A stretch of 64,000 nucleotides of DNA from Anaeromyxobacteraceae bacterium (lineage in GTDB: Bacteria; Myxococcota; Myxococcia; Myxococcales; Anaeromyxobacteraceae). Shown in pieces: positions 52,601 through 62,396 of this stretch. Numbering within the stretch: the stretch's first letter is position 1; each line of letters begins with the position of its first letter. The notes beneath the pieces were generated by a model that saw only the letters and a program-made list of their open reading frames with translations, was not told the origin of the DNA and made no database searches. The stretch lies in NCBI GenBank assembly GCA_047602405.1, contig JASGHJ010000002.1, positions 320,001 to 384,000 of the forward strand. Direction: 5' to 3'. The position numbers and the translations under genes are program-made.

Positions 52601-52685
52601 GTTCGGCCTCGATTCTCGAACGAAATATACGAAACAAACGAATCAAGCGCAACGGCCCCCCCCCCGGCCCGAGTCGTCGTGAACC

Positions 52686-55171
52686 TCAGTCGAGGTCCTC
52701 GGGCATGACCCCATCGGGACCGTCGTACTCGATCGTCAGCTCCTGCGGCCGTTCGCGCGACGTGACCGGGACCGCCTCGTAGCCGATCGCCCTGTAGCCG
52801 CGGAGCCGCTTCGCGAACATCTTCGCCAAGACCGGGACGTGGACATCCACGTAGTCGAAGATGCGGACCTCGCTCTTGCCCGCGTGAGCGCGGTGCAGCC
52901 GGCCGGCGTACTGCACGAGCGTGCCTCGCCAGGCGACCGGCAGCGCAAGGACGAGCGTGTCGAGCCGCGGGTCATCGAATCCCTCGCCGATGAACCTGCC
53001 CGTGGCGAGCAGCGCCCGTTCCTCGGTCGAGGGGATCTCCGCGAGCTGGGCGAGCGCGAGCCTGCGGTCCTTCGCCGACATGCCGCCGTGGAGGACCACG
53101 AGGTGCCTCGCGGCGGGGCGGAGCTTAGCCGCGAGGTACTCCAGGTGGTCGCGCCGTTCCGTGAGCACGAGCGGCGAGCGCCCCGCCGCGAGCGCGGCGA
53201 TGGCGTCGTCGAGGATGAGCGCGTTCCGGCAGTCGTCCGCCGCCAGTCGTCCATAGAGCGCCTGGATGCCAAGCTCGCGCGTCCAGTCGGCACGGAACTC
53301 CGTCTCGCGCACGACGAGCTGATGTGAGAAGCCCGCCGCGGCGGCCTGAGCGCGCGCACCGATGACGTGCCGGACGGGCCCGAGCTGCATCTCCAAGATC
53401 GGGTGGTGTCCGTCGCGCCGCCTTGGCGTCGCGGTGAGCCCGAGCACATGGCGTGCCTTCACCTCCGAGAGGACCCGCTCGAACGACACCGCGGAGACGT
53501 GGTGACACTCGTCCACCACGACGTGTCCGTACCCGGCGACGAGAATCGCTCACCTGGCCCTTGTGCACGAGGCTCTGGACCGTCGCGACGTCGATGCGGC
53601 CGGTCGGTTTCTTCTTGCCACCCCCGATGACGCCGATGCTCTTCGGGTCCAGGTCGAGGAAGGCCGCGAGTTGAGCGCGCCACTGATCCACGAGGGGTCG
53701 CCGATGCACGAGCACGAGCGTGCTGACGTTCCGCTTCGCGATGAGCTGAGCGGCCAGGACGGTCTTCCCGGTTCCCGGTGGCGCGACCAGTACCCCGATG
53801 TCATGCCGTGCGAGCGCGTCGGAGGCGAGCGCCTGCTCCGAAGTGAGCGTCCCGTGGAAGCGCAGACCCAGCGCTTGGCCCGTGACGCGCTCGTCCCGGA
53901 TCACGAGCGTGCTTCCGCAGGAGGCGGCGAGCTCCTCGAGAATCGGAGAGGCAGCCGCGGGGGAGCGACAGGTGCAACGCGTCCTCCTCGGCGCAGGTGA
54001 TGATGCGTGGGATCCCGCCCGTCGCGAACCTCATGGCCTGCTTCTCGAAGAATACCGGGTTCTGAAACGCGGCGAGCCTCCGGACCTCGGCGGTGAACGC
54101 CGGAGACAGGCCAGCCCGTGGCACGAAGATCCGCTGACCGAGCACGACCTCCAGCCGTTCCGGTGCGCCGCCCGCGGGTAGGGAGTGGCGAATGCCCGAG
54201 GGCGGCCGGTGCCAGGGTGCCTGGTCATCGTCGGCCATGGCAGCGAAGCGGACGCCGAGCACCCGGCCCTGCCTGAGGGCCTCGCGGGCAACGAGTGCGA
54301 CGGTCTCGCCCGGAATCCTCGGCTGGCGGGCGAGGAAAGCCCACTGGTCCGCGAACGGCTCGAACGCCTCGTCGATGAAGACGGAGTTCCCCTTCTGGCG
54401 AGCAGCCCTCTGCAGCGGCAATGCGATGAGATTCCCGAATCCGCCGCGCGGGACGGTGTCCTGGTTCGGGAAGAGGCGGTCGTACGACTTCATTCCGATC
54501 TCGGACCGCCGGGACATCGCCTCGGTGAGGAGGTACGAGGCCATCTGGCGGGCCGCGACGGCCGGGACCTGGCCCGCGAAGAAGAACCACGCGTGCGCCC
54601 CGTTGCCCGAGCGGGACCGCTCGACCGCGACCGGGAGGCCGGCCGCGCGCGCGGCCTCGGCGAACGCGGCGACGTCGCCCTGCCACCCAGGCCCGTCGAA
54701 GTCCACCGCGACGAAATGGCAGCGGTCGCCTTCGACGAGCGGGTACACACCGGCGACGATCAGTCCCTGGAGGTGATCGACGAGGACGCGGTCGGTCACG
54801 GGCACGAACGCCTTCACGGGGCACTCGCCGCACTTGACCCGCGGCTTCTCGCAGCCCGCCTTCCACTCCCGCGCGCAGTGGGGCGAGTAGCCGGACTTGC
54901 CGGTCCGAGAATTCTCCCAGCGGCGCGGGTAGACGTCGGCCCTGCCGCGGAACAGCTCGGCGAAGAGCGACACCTTCTCGGCCTGGGTAGTCGGGACCGG
55001 CACGCCATCGGAGCTGGGCGGCGTCACGACAATGGCCGGAGCAAGTGCGGCCTGGGCGCTCCGGAGGGTCTCGATCCGCTTCACGAGTCGAGACCGCTCG
55101 GCGTCGAGCTCCGCGAGGCGGGCCTCCGCCTGCGTGAGATCGTCGGCGGGCTGGCGAGGTGTCCCGGGCAT
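52686..55171 (-). CDS. AEP primase-like domain fused to SF2 (DEAD/DEAH, ResIII-like) helicase, TOTE-associated type (frameshifts ~53941 and ~53544)
   Basis: AEP motifs VDFD, ERSRSGNGAHAW, GNLIALPLQ; helicase motifs APPGTGKT, VDECHH, GLTATP, GEGFDDPRLD, QYAGRLHR. Confidence 0.82.
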
Positions 55172-55456
55172 CAGGCCGAATCCTATCCGGTCCGCCCGAC
55201 GACGATGCGTTGTAGTTGAGGCGGTCGCCCGCGGAGTTCACGGCTGACGGGCCGACGTTCACGGAACGTTGACGTCAGCGCTGACGTCGGATCTTCGGCA
55301 CCCGCTCGGCAGCCCGAATGGAGCTGCCGAACAGGGTGCCGAGTCGGTTCGGCACCCTGGTAGGCAGGCCATTCGGCAGGCAAACTCCATCCAAGCGTCC
55401 GAAAACCGCTGTCCTTGCTCCACCCACCGGGCGAGGTCGTTCGGGATGGAGGGAGG

Positions 55457-55520
55457 GGGTTCCAGTGTCCCGCCCCCTCTCTCCCAACCACTTGAGAGAG
55501 GGGTCGGGACACTGGAACCC
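55457..55520. repeat. Long inverted repeat (27-bp arms, 1 mismatch, 10-nt loop)
   Basis: GGGTTCCAGTGTCCCGCCCCCTCTCTC / GAGAGAGGGGTCGGGACACTGGAACCC. Confidence 0.9.
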
Positions 55521-55816
55521 AGAGGAAGAAGAGGTGTGGAGGGTGGGTGGGGCAAGGACGGGGGAGGGTGAGGAAGGGAAGAGTGGACGGAATGGGAGAA
55601 GGGGATGGGGAAGGTCGGAAGGAAGAAGAAGGAAGGCAGTTGGAGAAGGGAATGGAGTTGAGGGGGATGTCGACAGGCGAGGCGAGAACAGGGGGAAGCG
55701 GAGACGAGGCAAGTTGGCCGAGAGAGAGCCGGGGAAGGGCGGAGTGACGGGCGGGCTGAGGCGATGGTTCACCCAGTACGGTTTTCGCGAGCTAGAGTGG
55801 CCCCGGACCAACGCGC

Positions 55817-57214
55817 ATGCTCTTGACCTTGACCACGACCGCCCGGCCGGCGACCGACCTCGGCCACTTGCTTCACAAGAACCCGGCACGGGTGCAGTCA
55901 TTCGAGCTCAGCTTCGGGAAGGCCCACGTCTTCTACCCGGAGGCGTCGGAGGACCGCTGCACCATGGCGCTCCTGCTGGACGTCGACCCGGTGGGCCTGG
56001 TCCGCGGTCGGTCCGGCCCCTCTGGCGAAGGCGCCCTCGAGCAATACGTCAACGACCGACCCTACGTGGCGTCGTCGTTCCTGACGGTGGCCATTTCCCG
56101 GCTCTTCGGGACGGCGCTGTCCGGGCGCAGCAAGGAGCGGCCGGAGCTCGTCGATCGTGCCCTCCCGTTCGAGGTGCGGCTCCCGGTGGTTCCGTGCCGT
56201 GGCGGCGAGCCGTTTCTCCGCAAGCTGTTCGAGCCGCTCGGCTACCAGGTCGAGGCAACGACCATCGAGCTCGACCCTGCCGTGCCCGCCTGGGGGACCA
56301 GCCGCTACCTCTCGGTCACACTGCGTGGCGAGCACAGGCTGGCCGACCTGCTGTCGCACGTCTACGTCCTGGTGCCCGTGCTGGACGACGACAAGCACTA
56401 CTGGGTGGGCGACGAGGAGGTCGAGAAGCTGGTTCGCCACGGGGAGGGCTGGCTGGCGACCCACCCGGAGAAGGAGCACATCGCCCACCGCTACCTGGCC
56501 CACCAGAAGAAGCTCGCGTGCAGCGCGCTCGAGCAGCTGGTGGCCGAGGAGGCCCCCCACGCCGAAGAGGAGGCCATCAGCCATGGCGCCGAGGAGGCGG
56601 CGCTCGAGAAGAAGCTGAGCCTCAACGACGTGCGTCTGGACCGGGTGGCCGAGGTGCTGGCTGCTTCAGGCGCCAAGCGGGTCCTCGATCTCGGCTGCGG
56701 AGAGGGGAAGCTGCTGCGCCAGCTCCTCAAGCACAAGGCCTTCGAGGAGATCGTCGGGCTCGACGTGTCCCACCGCGCCCTGGAGACCGCGGCGGAGCGC
56801 TTGCGGCTGGAGCGCATGTCCGAGGCGCAGCAGAAGCGGCTCAAGCTGCTGCACGGTTCGCTCACGTACAGGGACGCTCGGCTCGCTGGGTACGACGCCG
56901 CGGCGGTCGTCGAGGTGGTCGAGCACCTGGATCCGCCCAGGCTGGCTGCGTTCGAGCGAGTGGTCTTCGAGTCGGCGCGGCCGGGGACCGTGGTCCTGAC
57001 CACGCCCAACGTCGAGTACAACGTGCGCTTCGAGAATCTTCCGGCGGGGCGGCTGCGGCACAAGGACCACCGCTTCGAGTGGACCCGGGCCGAGTTCGAG
57101 GGGTGGGCCACTGGCCTGGCCGCGCGCTTTGGCTACGCCGTGAGGTTCGAGCCGCTCGGGCCCGTCGACGAGGAGGTCGGTGCGCCGACCCAGATGGCGG
57201 TGTTCACGCGATGA
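55817..57214 (+). CDS. hen1: 3' terminal RNA ribose 2'-O-methyltransferase Hen1
   Basis: Motifs MLLTLTTT…ATDLGHLLHKNP, QYVNDRPYVASS, VLDLGCGEG, VEVVEHL, TTPNVEYN, RHKDHRFEWTR. Confidence 0.95.
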   Translation: MLLTLTTTARPATDLGHLLHKNPARVQSFELSFGKAHVFYPEASEDRCTMALLLDVDPVGLVRGRSGPSGEGALEQYVNDRPYVASSFLTVAISRLFGTALSGRSKERPELVDRALPFEVRLPVVPCRGGEPFLRKLFEPLGYQVEATTIELDPAVPAWGTSRYLSVTLRGEHRLADLLSHVYVLVPVLDDDKHYWVGDEEVEKLVRHGEGWLATHPEKEHIAHRYLAHQKKLACSALEQLVAEEAPHAEEEAISHGAEEAALEKKLSLNDVRLDRVAEVLAASGAKRVLDLGCGEGKLLRQLLKHKAFEEIVGLDVSHRALETAAERLRLERMSEAQQKRLKLLHGSLTYRDARLAGYDAAAVVEVVEHLDPPRLAAFERVVFESARPGTVVLTTPNVEYNVRFENLPAGRLRHKDHRFEWTRAEFEGWATGLAARFGYAVRFEPLGPVDEEVGAPTQMAVFTR

Positions 57215-59772
57215 CCATCACCATCCCTGAGCTGTCGCTCGTCGTCCTCATCGGCCCCTCCGGCGCCGGGAAGTCCTCCTTCGCGCGCAAGCACTTCAAG
57301 GAGACGGAGATCCTCTCCTCGGACCGCTGTCGGGGGCTGGTTTCGGACGACGAGAACTCCATGGAGGCGACCAAGGACGCCTTCGAGGTGCTGCGCTTCA
57401 TCGCGACGAAGCGACTCGCCGCAGGCCGCCTCACCGTCATCGACGCCACCAACGTGCAGCAGGAGGCGCGCAAGCCCCTGGTCGCCCTCGCCCGGGAGTT
57501 TCACTGCCTGCCGGTGGCCATCGCGCTCGACGTGCCAGAGAAGGTCTGTCAGGACCGCAACCGCACCAGGCCAGACCGGAACTTCGGCAGCCACGTCGTC
57601 CGCCAGCAAGCCCAGTCCCTTCGACGGAGCCTCCGCGGCCTGGAGCGCGAGGGCTTCAGGCACGTTCACGTCCTCCACGGTCCCGAGGAGATCGATGGCG
57701 TCGTCATCGAGCGCCAGCCGCTCTGGTGCGACCTCAAGGGCGAGAGGGGCCCCTTCGACATCATAGGCGACGTCCATGGGTGCCTCGACGAGCTCCAGAT
57801 GCTGCTGGCGAAGCTCGGGTATCAGACTGCCCCTTCGGAGAGCGCCGTCGGTGGCCTGGTCGCACGCCACCCGGAGAGCCGCAAGGTGGTGTTCCTCGGC
57901 GACCTCGTCGACCGGGGACCGAACGTCGCAGGAGTCCTGCGACTCGCCATGAACACGGTCGCCGCTGGGGCGGGCCTGGCCGTGCCCGGCAACCACGACA
58001 TCAAGCTCCTGCGGAAGCTGCGCGGGAAAGACGTGAAGCTCACCCACGGTCTCGCCGAGACGGTTGCGCAGCTCGAGCCGGAGCCCGCGGAGTTCAAGCG
58101 TGAGGTTGCCGCCTTCATCGACGATCTCGTCTCGCACCTCGTCCTCGACGGCGGTCGGCTCGTGGTGGCGCACGCGGGCATGAAGGAATCGATGCAGGGC
58201 CGCGGGTCCGGCAAGGTCCGGGAGTTCGCCCTGTACGGCGAGACCACCGGGGAGACAGACGAGTACGGCCTCCCGGTTCGGTACGACTGGGCCTCGGAGT
58301 ACCGCGGCAAGTCGAGCGTGGTGTACGGCCACACGCCCGTGCCCGAGGCCGAGTGGTTGAACAATACCATCTGCGTGGATACGGGCTGCGTCTTCGGCGG
58401 GAAGCTGACCGCGCTCCGCTGGCCGGAGCGCGAGTTGGTGGAGGTCCCCGCAGCGCGGATGTACTTCGAGCCAGCCAAGCCGCTGGCCCGGGCGGGCGTG
58501 GCCACGCTCTCGGCGCAGCACGCCAACGACACCCAGCTGGACCTGGCGGATGTCTCGGGCAAGCGTGTGATCTCGACGCGCCTCTTCCACAACGTAACCA
58601 TCCGAGAGGAGAACTCGGCCGCCGCCCTCGAGGCGATGAGCCGGTTCGCCACTGACCCACGCTGGCTCATCTACCTGCCACCGACGATGTCGCCGTCCGA
58701 GACCACGAAGGAAGCCGGGCTGCTGGAGCATCCGCGCGAGGCGCTCGACTACTTCGCGAAGGAGGGGGTGGCCCGCGCCGTCTGCGAGGAAAAGCACATG
58801 GGCTCGCGCGCGGTCCTGGTCGTCTGCAGGGACGCGGCGGTGGCGGAGGCCCGCTTCGGCATCGACTCCGGCGAGGTCGGGGTCTGCTACACGCGCACTG
58901 GCCGGCGGTTCTTCAACGACCGCGCGCTGGAGGCCGCATTCCTGGATCGAGTGCGAGCGGCGCTCGATGCCTCCGGCTTCTGGGAGGAGATGTCCACCGA
59001 TTGGGCCTGCCTCGACTGCGAGTTGATGCCGTGGTCGCTCAAGGCGCAGGAACTCCTCCGGGACCAGTACGCCTCGGTGGGGGCCGCCGCACGTTCCGGG
59101 CTGCCCCCGACCATCGCGGCGCTCGAGGCCGCCTCGTCGCGCGGGGCAGAGGTGGCGGGTCTCCTGACCCTGGCGCGGACACGTCTCGACCTGACCGACC
59201 GCTTCGCGGCGGCGTACCGGCACTACTGCTGGCCGGTGAAGTCGGTGGACGATCTCCGCCTGGCGCCGTTCCACCTGCTCGCGACCGAGGGGAAGGTGCA
59301 CGTCGACCGCGACCACGTCTGGCACATGGAGACGCTGGCGAAGGTCTGCAGGGCCGACCCGGCGCTGCTCGTGGCGACGCCGTACCGCGTGGTCGACCTG
59401 TCCGACCCAAACTCTCGCGAGGACGCAATCCGTTGGTGGGCGGAGCTCACCGGGCGCGGCGGCGAGGGCATGGTGGTGAAGCCGCATGAGTTCACGTTCC
59501 GAGGCCGCCGGGGGCTCATCCAGCCAGCGGTGAAGTGCCGGGGCCCGGAGTACCTGCGGATCATCTACGGCCCCGAATACACGCTCCCCGAGCACCTCGA
59601 GCGCCTGCGGTCCCGCGGCCTGTCCAACAAGCGGTCGCTGGCGATCCGGGAATTCGCGCTGGGCATGGAGGCCCTGGAGCGGTTCGTGCGCAGGGAGCCG
59701 CTGCGGCGGGTCCACGAGTGCGTCTTCGGCGTCCTCGCGCTGGAGAGCGAGCCAGTCGATCCGCGGCTCTAG
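57211..59772 (+). CDS. pnkp: Polynucleotide kinase-phosphatase-ligase Pnkp
   Basis: ATGA overlap with hen1; kinase GPSGAGKS; phosphatase GDVHG, GDLVDRG, GNHD; ligase EEKHMGSR, EGMVVKP; ends EPVDPRL. Confidence 0.95.
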   Translation: MTITIPELSLVVLIGPSGAGKSSFARKHFKETEILSSDRCRGLVSDDENSMEATKDAFEVLRFIATKRLAAGRLTVIDATNVQQEARKPLVALAREFHCLPVAIALDVPEKVCQDRNRTRPDRNFGSHVVRQQAQSLRRSLRGLEREGFRHVHVLHGPEEIDGVVIERQPLWCDLKGERGPFDIIGDVHGCLDELQMLLAKLGYQTAPSESAVGGLVARHPESRKVVFLGDLVDRGPNVAGVLRLAMNTVAAGAGLAVPGNHDIKLLRKLRGKDVKLTHGLAETVAQLEPEPAEFKREVAAFIDDLVSHLVLDGGRLVVAHAGMKESMQGRGSGKVREFALYGETTGETDEYGLPVRYDWASEYRGKSSVVYGHTPVPEAEWLNNTICVDTGCVFGGKLTALRWPERELVEVPAARMYFEPAKPLARAGVATLSAQHANDTQLDLADVSGKRVISTRLFHNVTIREENSAAALEAMSRFATDPRWLIYLPPTMSPSETTKEAGLLEHPREALDYFAKEGVARAVCEEKHMGSRAVLVVCRDAAVAEARFGIDSGEVGVCYTRTGRRFFNDRALEAAFLDRVRAALDASGFWEEMSTDWACLDCELMPWSLKAQELLRDQYASVGAAARSGLPPTIAALEAASSRGAEVAGLLTLARTRLDLTDRFAAAYRHYCWPVKSVDDLRLAPFHLLATEGKVHVDRDHVWHMETLAKVCRADPALLVATPYRVVDLSDPNSREDAIRWWAELTGRGGEGMVVKPHEFTFRGRRGLIQPAVKCRGPEYLRIIYGPEYTLPEHLERLRSRGLSNKRSLAIREFALGMEALERFVRREPLRRVHECVFGVLALESEPVDPRL

Positions 59773-59793
59773 GGGCAGCGAGGTGGGAAGCCG

Positions 59794-60819
59794 ATGAAGC
59801 TCTCGGAGACTCACAGGAATCTCCTTCGGGCCGTGCTGGAGGGCACGCTTGGCGACCGACGCCCGCCGGTGCAGGAGTTCCGCATCGAGAATGAGAAGGA
59901 CCGCGGTGCGATCGACGAGCTTGAGCAGTCAAAGTTCCTCGCGAGAGACGACGGGGAGTACCGCCTTACCCTGGACGGCTTGTACGGAGCGGACTCAGAC
60001 GCCGCGCGGGGAGTTATCCGGACGTTCAATGCGTTGCTGCCGTCGCTGAAGAACGCGTACCGCGCGGATCCCTCGAAGACGTGGGCAGCCTCGGAGATCG
60101 ATGCTCTGGCTCGCGAATCGGGTCTCTTCGTCAAGGAGCATGCGACGGCAAGGGCGCTTGGAATCCTCTCGTCGGAGGTCCACGTCTGGTCCGGACTGTC
60201 ACCTCCGGCCGCCGGGATGGGCAAGACGCGCCGATGGTTGGTCGACTCGGTGACCTTCATCGAGAGGGTCCTCGATCAGGAGCCCTTGGCTGAGGCGCGA
60301 GAGGTCGAGCTACGAGACCCAGAGGAGACCAGCGGCTCCCTCCAGTTTGCTGCAGCGAGATCGAGCACGAAGAGGAATCGGGTGGTCGAGGCAGCTCCGT
60401 ACCTACCCTTGGAGGTCATACCGAAGAGCATGGGGGTGATCCGCAGCGTCCTCGACGAGGCGAATCGGTGCTTCTCGAACGAGTGCTACAACGGCTGCGC
60501 GGCGCTTCTGCGTCGTGTTGTTGAACTCCTCTTGGTCGAGGCGTACAGGCGAAACGGGATCGCGGATGCGATCCTCGACACTGACGGAGAACGGCTGCTT
60601 CCGCTGGGCCGCATTATCGGGCGCCTCACGGCGGGGCAAGACCTGAGCCTGTCGCCTGTGGCACGCAAATCGCTGGAGAAGGTCAAGCTCCTCGGGGACC
60701 TCGGCGCTCACCACAAGTATGCCCTCATACGCAGAGGTGACCTTGACCGACTCCACGATGGGCTGCGGCCTACGTTGGAGGAGTTGGTGGTGGTTGAAGG
60801 CACTCGGCGCCCAGGATGA
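59794..60819 (+). CDS. Protein with C-terminal DUF4145/HEPN-like domain
   Basis: EANRCFSNECYNGCAALLRRVVE…LEKVKLLGDLGAH pattern. The N-terminus is not recognised. Confidence 0.6.
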   Translation: MKLSETHRNLLRAVLEGTLGDRRPPVQEFRIENEKDRGAIDELEQSKFLARDDGEYRLTLDGLYGADSDAARGVIRTFNALLPSLKNAYRADPSKTWAASEIDALARESGLFVKEHATARALGILSSEVHVWSGLSPPAAGMGKTRRWLVDSVTFIERVLDQEPLAEAREVELRDPEETSGSLQFAAARSSTKRNRVVEAAPYLPLEVIPKSMGVIRSVLDEANRCFSNECYNGCAALLRRVVELLLVEAYRRNGIADAILDTDGERLLPLGRIIGRLTAGQDLSLSPVARKSLEKVKLLGDLGAHHKYALIRRGDLDRLHDGLRPTLEELVVVEGTRRPG

Positions 60820-60914
60820 GCAGGTCATGGCAATGCGAAACGCGATTCAGGCGACTTAGGAGAGGCTGAGGAGGAACGGGTGGACGTGTCCGCGCTGGCA
60901 GGTAGACTGCTCTC

Positions 60915-62358
60915 GTGATCCCCGAGGTGCGACGGCCGGACGCGCGGCGCCAGGGGCTCGCCAGCGCATTTGACCGCGTAGTGAAAGAGCGGTCCCTGCG
61001 TCTCCTTGTCGACTGGGATTCAATCCCCGATGGACCTGTGGCTCGAGTGCTGGAGGAACTGGCCAAACACCCCGACCTAGAGCTCCTTGGAACCCGATCG
61101 TCGGACGCACGCCGAGTCGAATTCAGGCACGGTGGAGGCAACGGGTATGACGGCGCTGTCCTTACCGCGCGAGCCAGTGACGAAGTATCGATCGTCACTC
61201 TTTCGGAAACCGAACGGCACCGCGATGCGGCGCGACGGGCTGACGGGCACATAGACGAGCGTCGACTTCAAGAGAGTCATCTGGGCGCCCTTGCCGCAAG
61301 AGACGGGGTCGATGCGTTGGTGACCGGTAGTCGGTCGCTACTGGCCCGCGATCTCAGGTTGCTCCTCTTGGGACGTCCCAACATCGTGAACCCCGAGGAG
61401 GCGGTCGCACTGGCCGGACTCTTCCTTCGCTCGCGTGGCGAGTACAGCCGACGCCCGAGGGTCCCTGGCCTTGTTGACTGGAGGTCCGCCGAGGACTTCT
61501 ACAGGGCACTTGTTTCGACGCTGGTGCCTTCAAGTCGCTTCTGGTTGTCGGCTGCGATTCCTCGAACGCAAGAGGACCATTTCAGCAGGGAGTTTGAGGC
61601 TCGAGCCTCTGTAGCTAAGTCGATTGAATCGCAGCTGACTCGGGCTCTGCGTGCACGGGATGAACTACAGGTGCAGCGCAGGGGAACGCTCGCTTCCGAC
61701 TCGCCCTACCAGAATCCTCGCCCGATTCGAGTATGCCCTCGTATCGCTCTCGGGCGCACTGGATAGCCTCGCCATGCTGTGTTCGATGGCCTACGGCATC
61801 GAGAAGAGCCGAACTGATTCCTGGCGAGGCAAGAAATGGAGGAGACGGCTTCGCGAAGACCCGCGGACCACAGGAGTGGCTGCGGTTGCGGACCGTACGA
61901 GCACCCAGCGCCTCCTGTCGTTGCTTGGTGAGCTCCGCAACACTGTGCATGGACCCACGCTAGATCCCGTGGTTAGCAATGACCGGAGACGCACCTACGT
62001 CCGAGTCCCACCGATTCGAGTCCCGCCCCTCGAACAAGAGCTCCAAGCTTGGCCCGAAGTGCCTCTTGCCTGGTGGGGCATCGAGTTTGAACGGCGCAGT
62101 GCGCCGCTCAACCTCGAGCACGGCGATGGATTCGTGACGGCCACGTTCTCATCGGGTCCCAACGACCCCGTGTGGGCGATCAACGTCGATCCTGGCGTGT
62201 GCCTCGAGCGGGTGCTGGTGTTCGCGACGCAGGTGATCGACGAGCTTGGCGCAGCCATCGACTGGACCAGGTTCGGCGCCCCAGCCGTGCGAGAGCCGCT
62301 TGAGGAGGATGACTTCCTGAACGAGAGGCTCCGACTCCTTGGAGGAGTGTGGCTATGA
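60915..62358 (+). CDS. PIN-like plus HEPN (RxxxH) fusion protein (frameshift ~61713)
   Basis: LLVDW, GVDALVTG…NIVNPEEA (PIN-like); ELRNTVHG (HEPN-like). The frame is restored by removing one A in cagaatc. Confidence 0.55.
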
Positions 62359-62396
62359 GCCCGTGGCGCGGAATTCGACGTGTCGCCATGGGTGCC

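Noticed and set aside
55318..59772. 1484-aa ORF as an N-terminally extended Pnkp
   Set aside because: Pnkp starts at ATG 57211, overlapping the hen1 stop. The upstream part is a shadow frame of hen1 and non-coding DNA.
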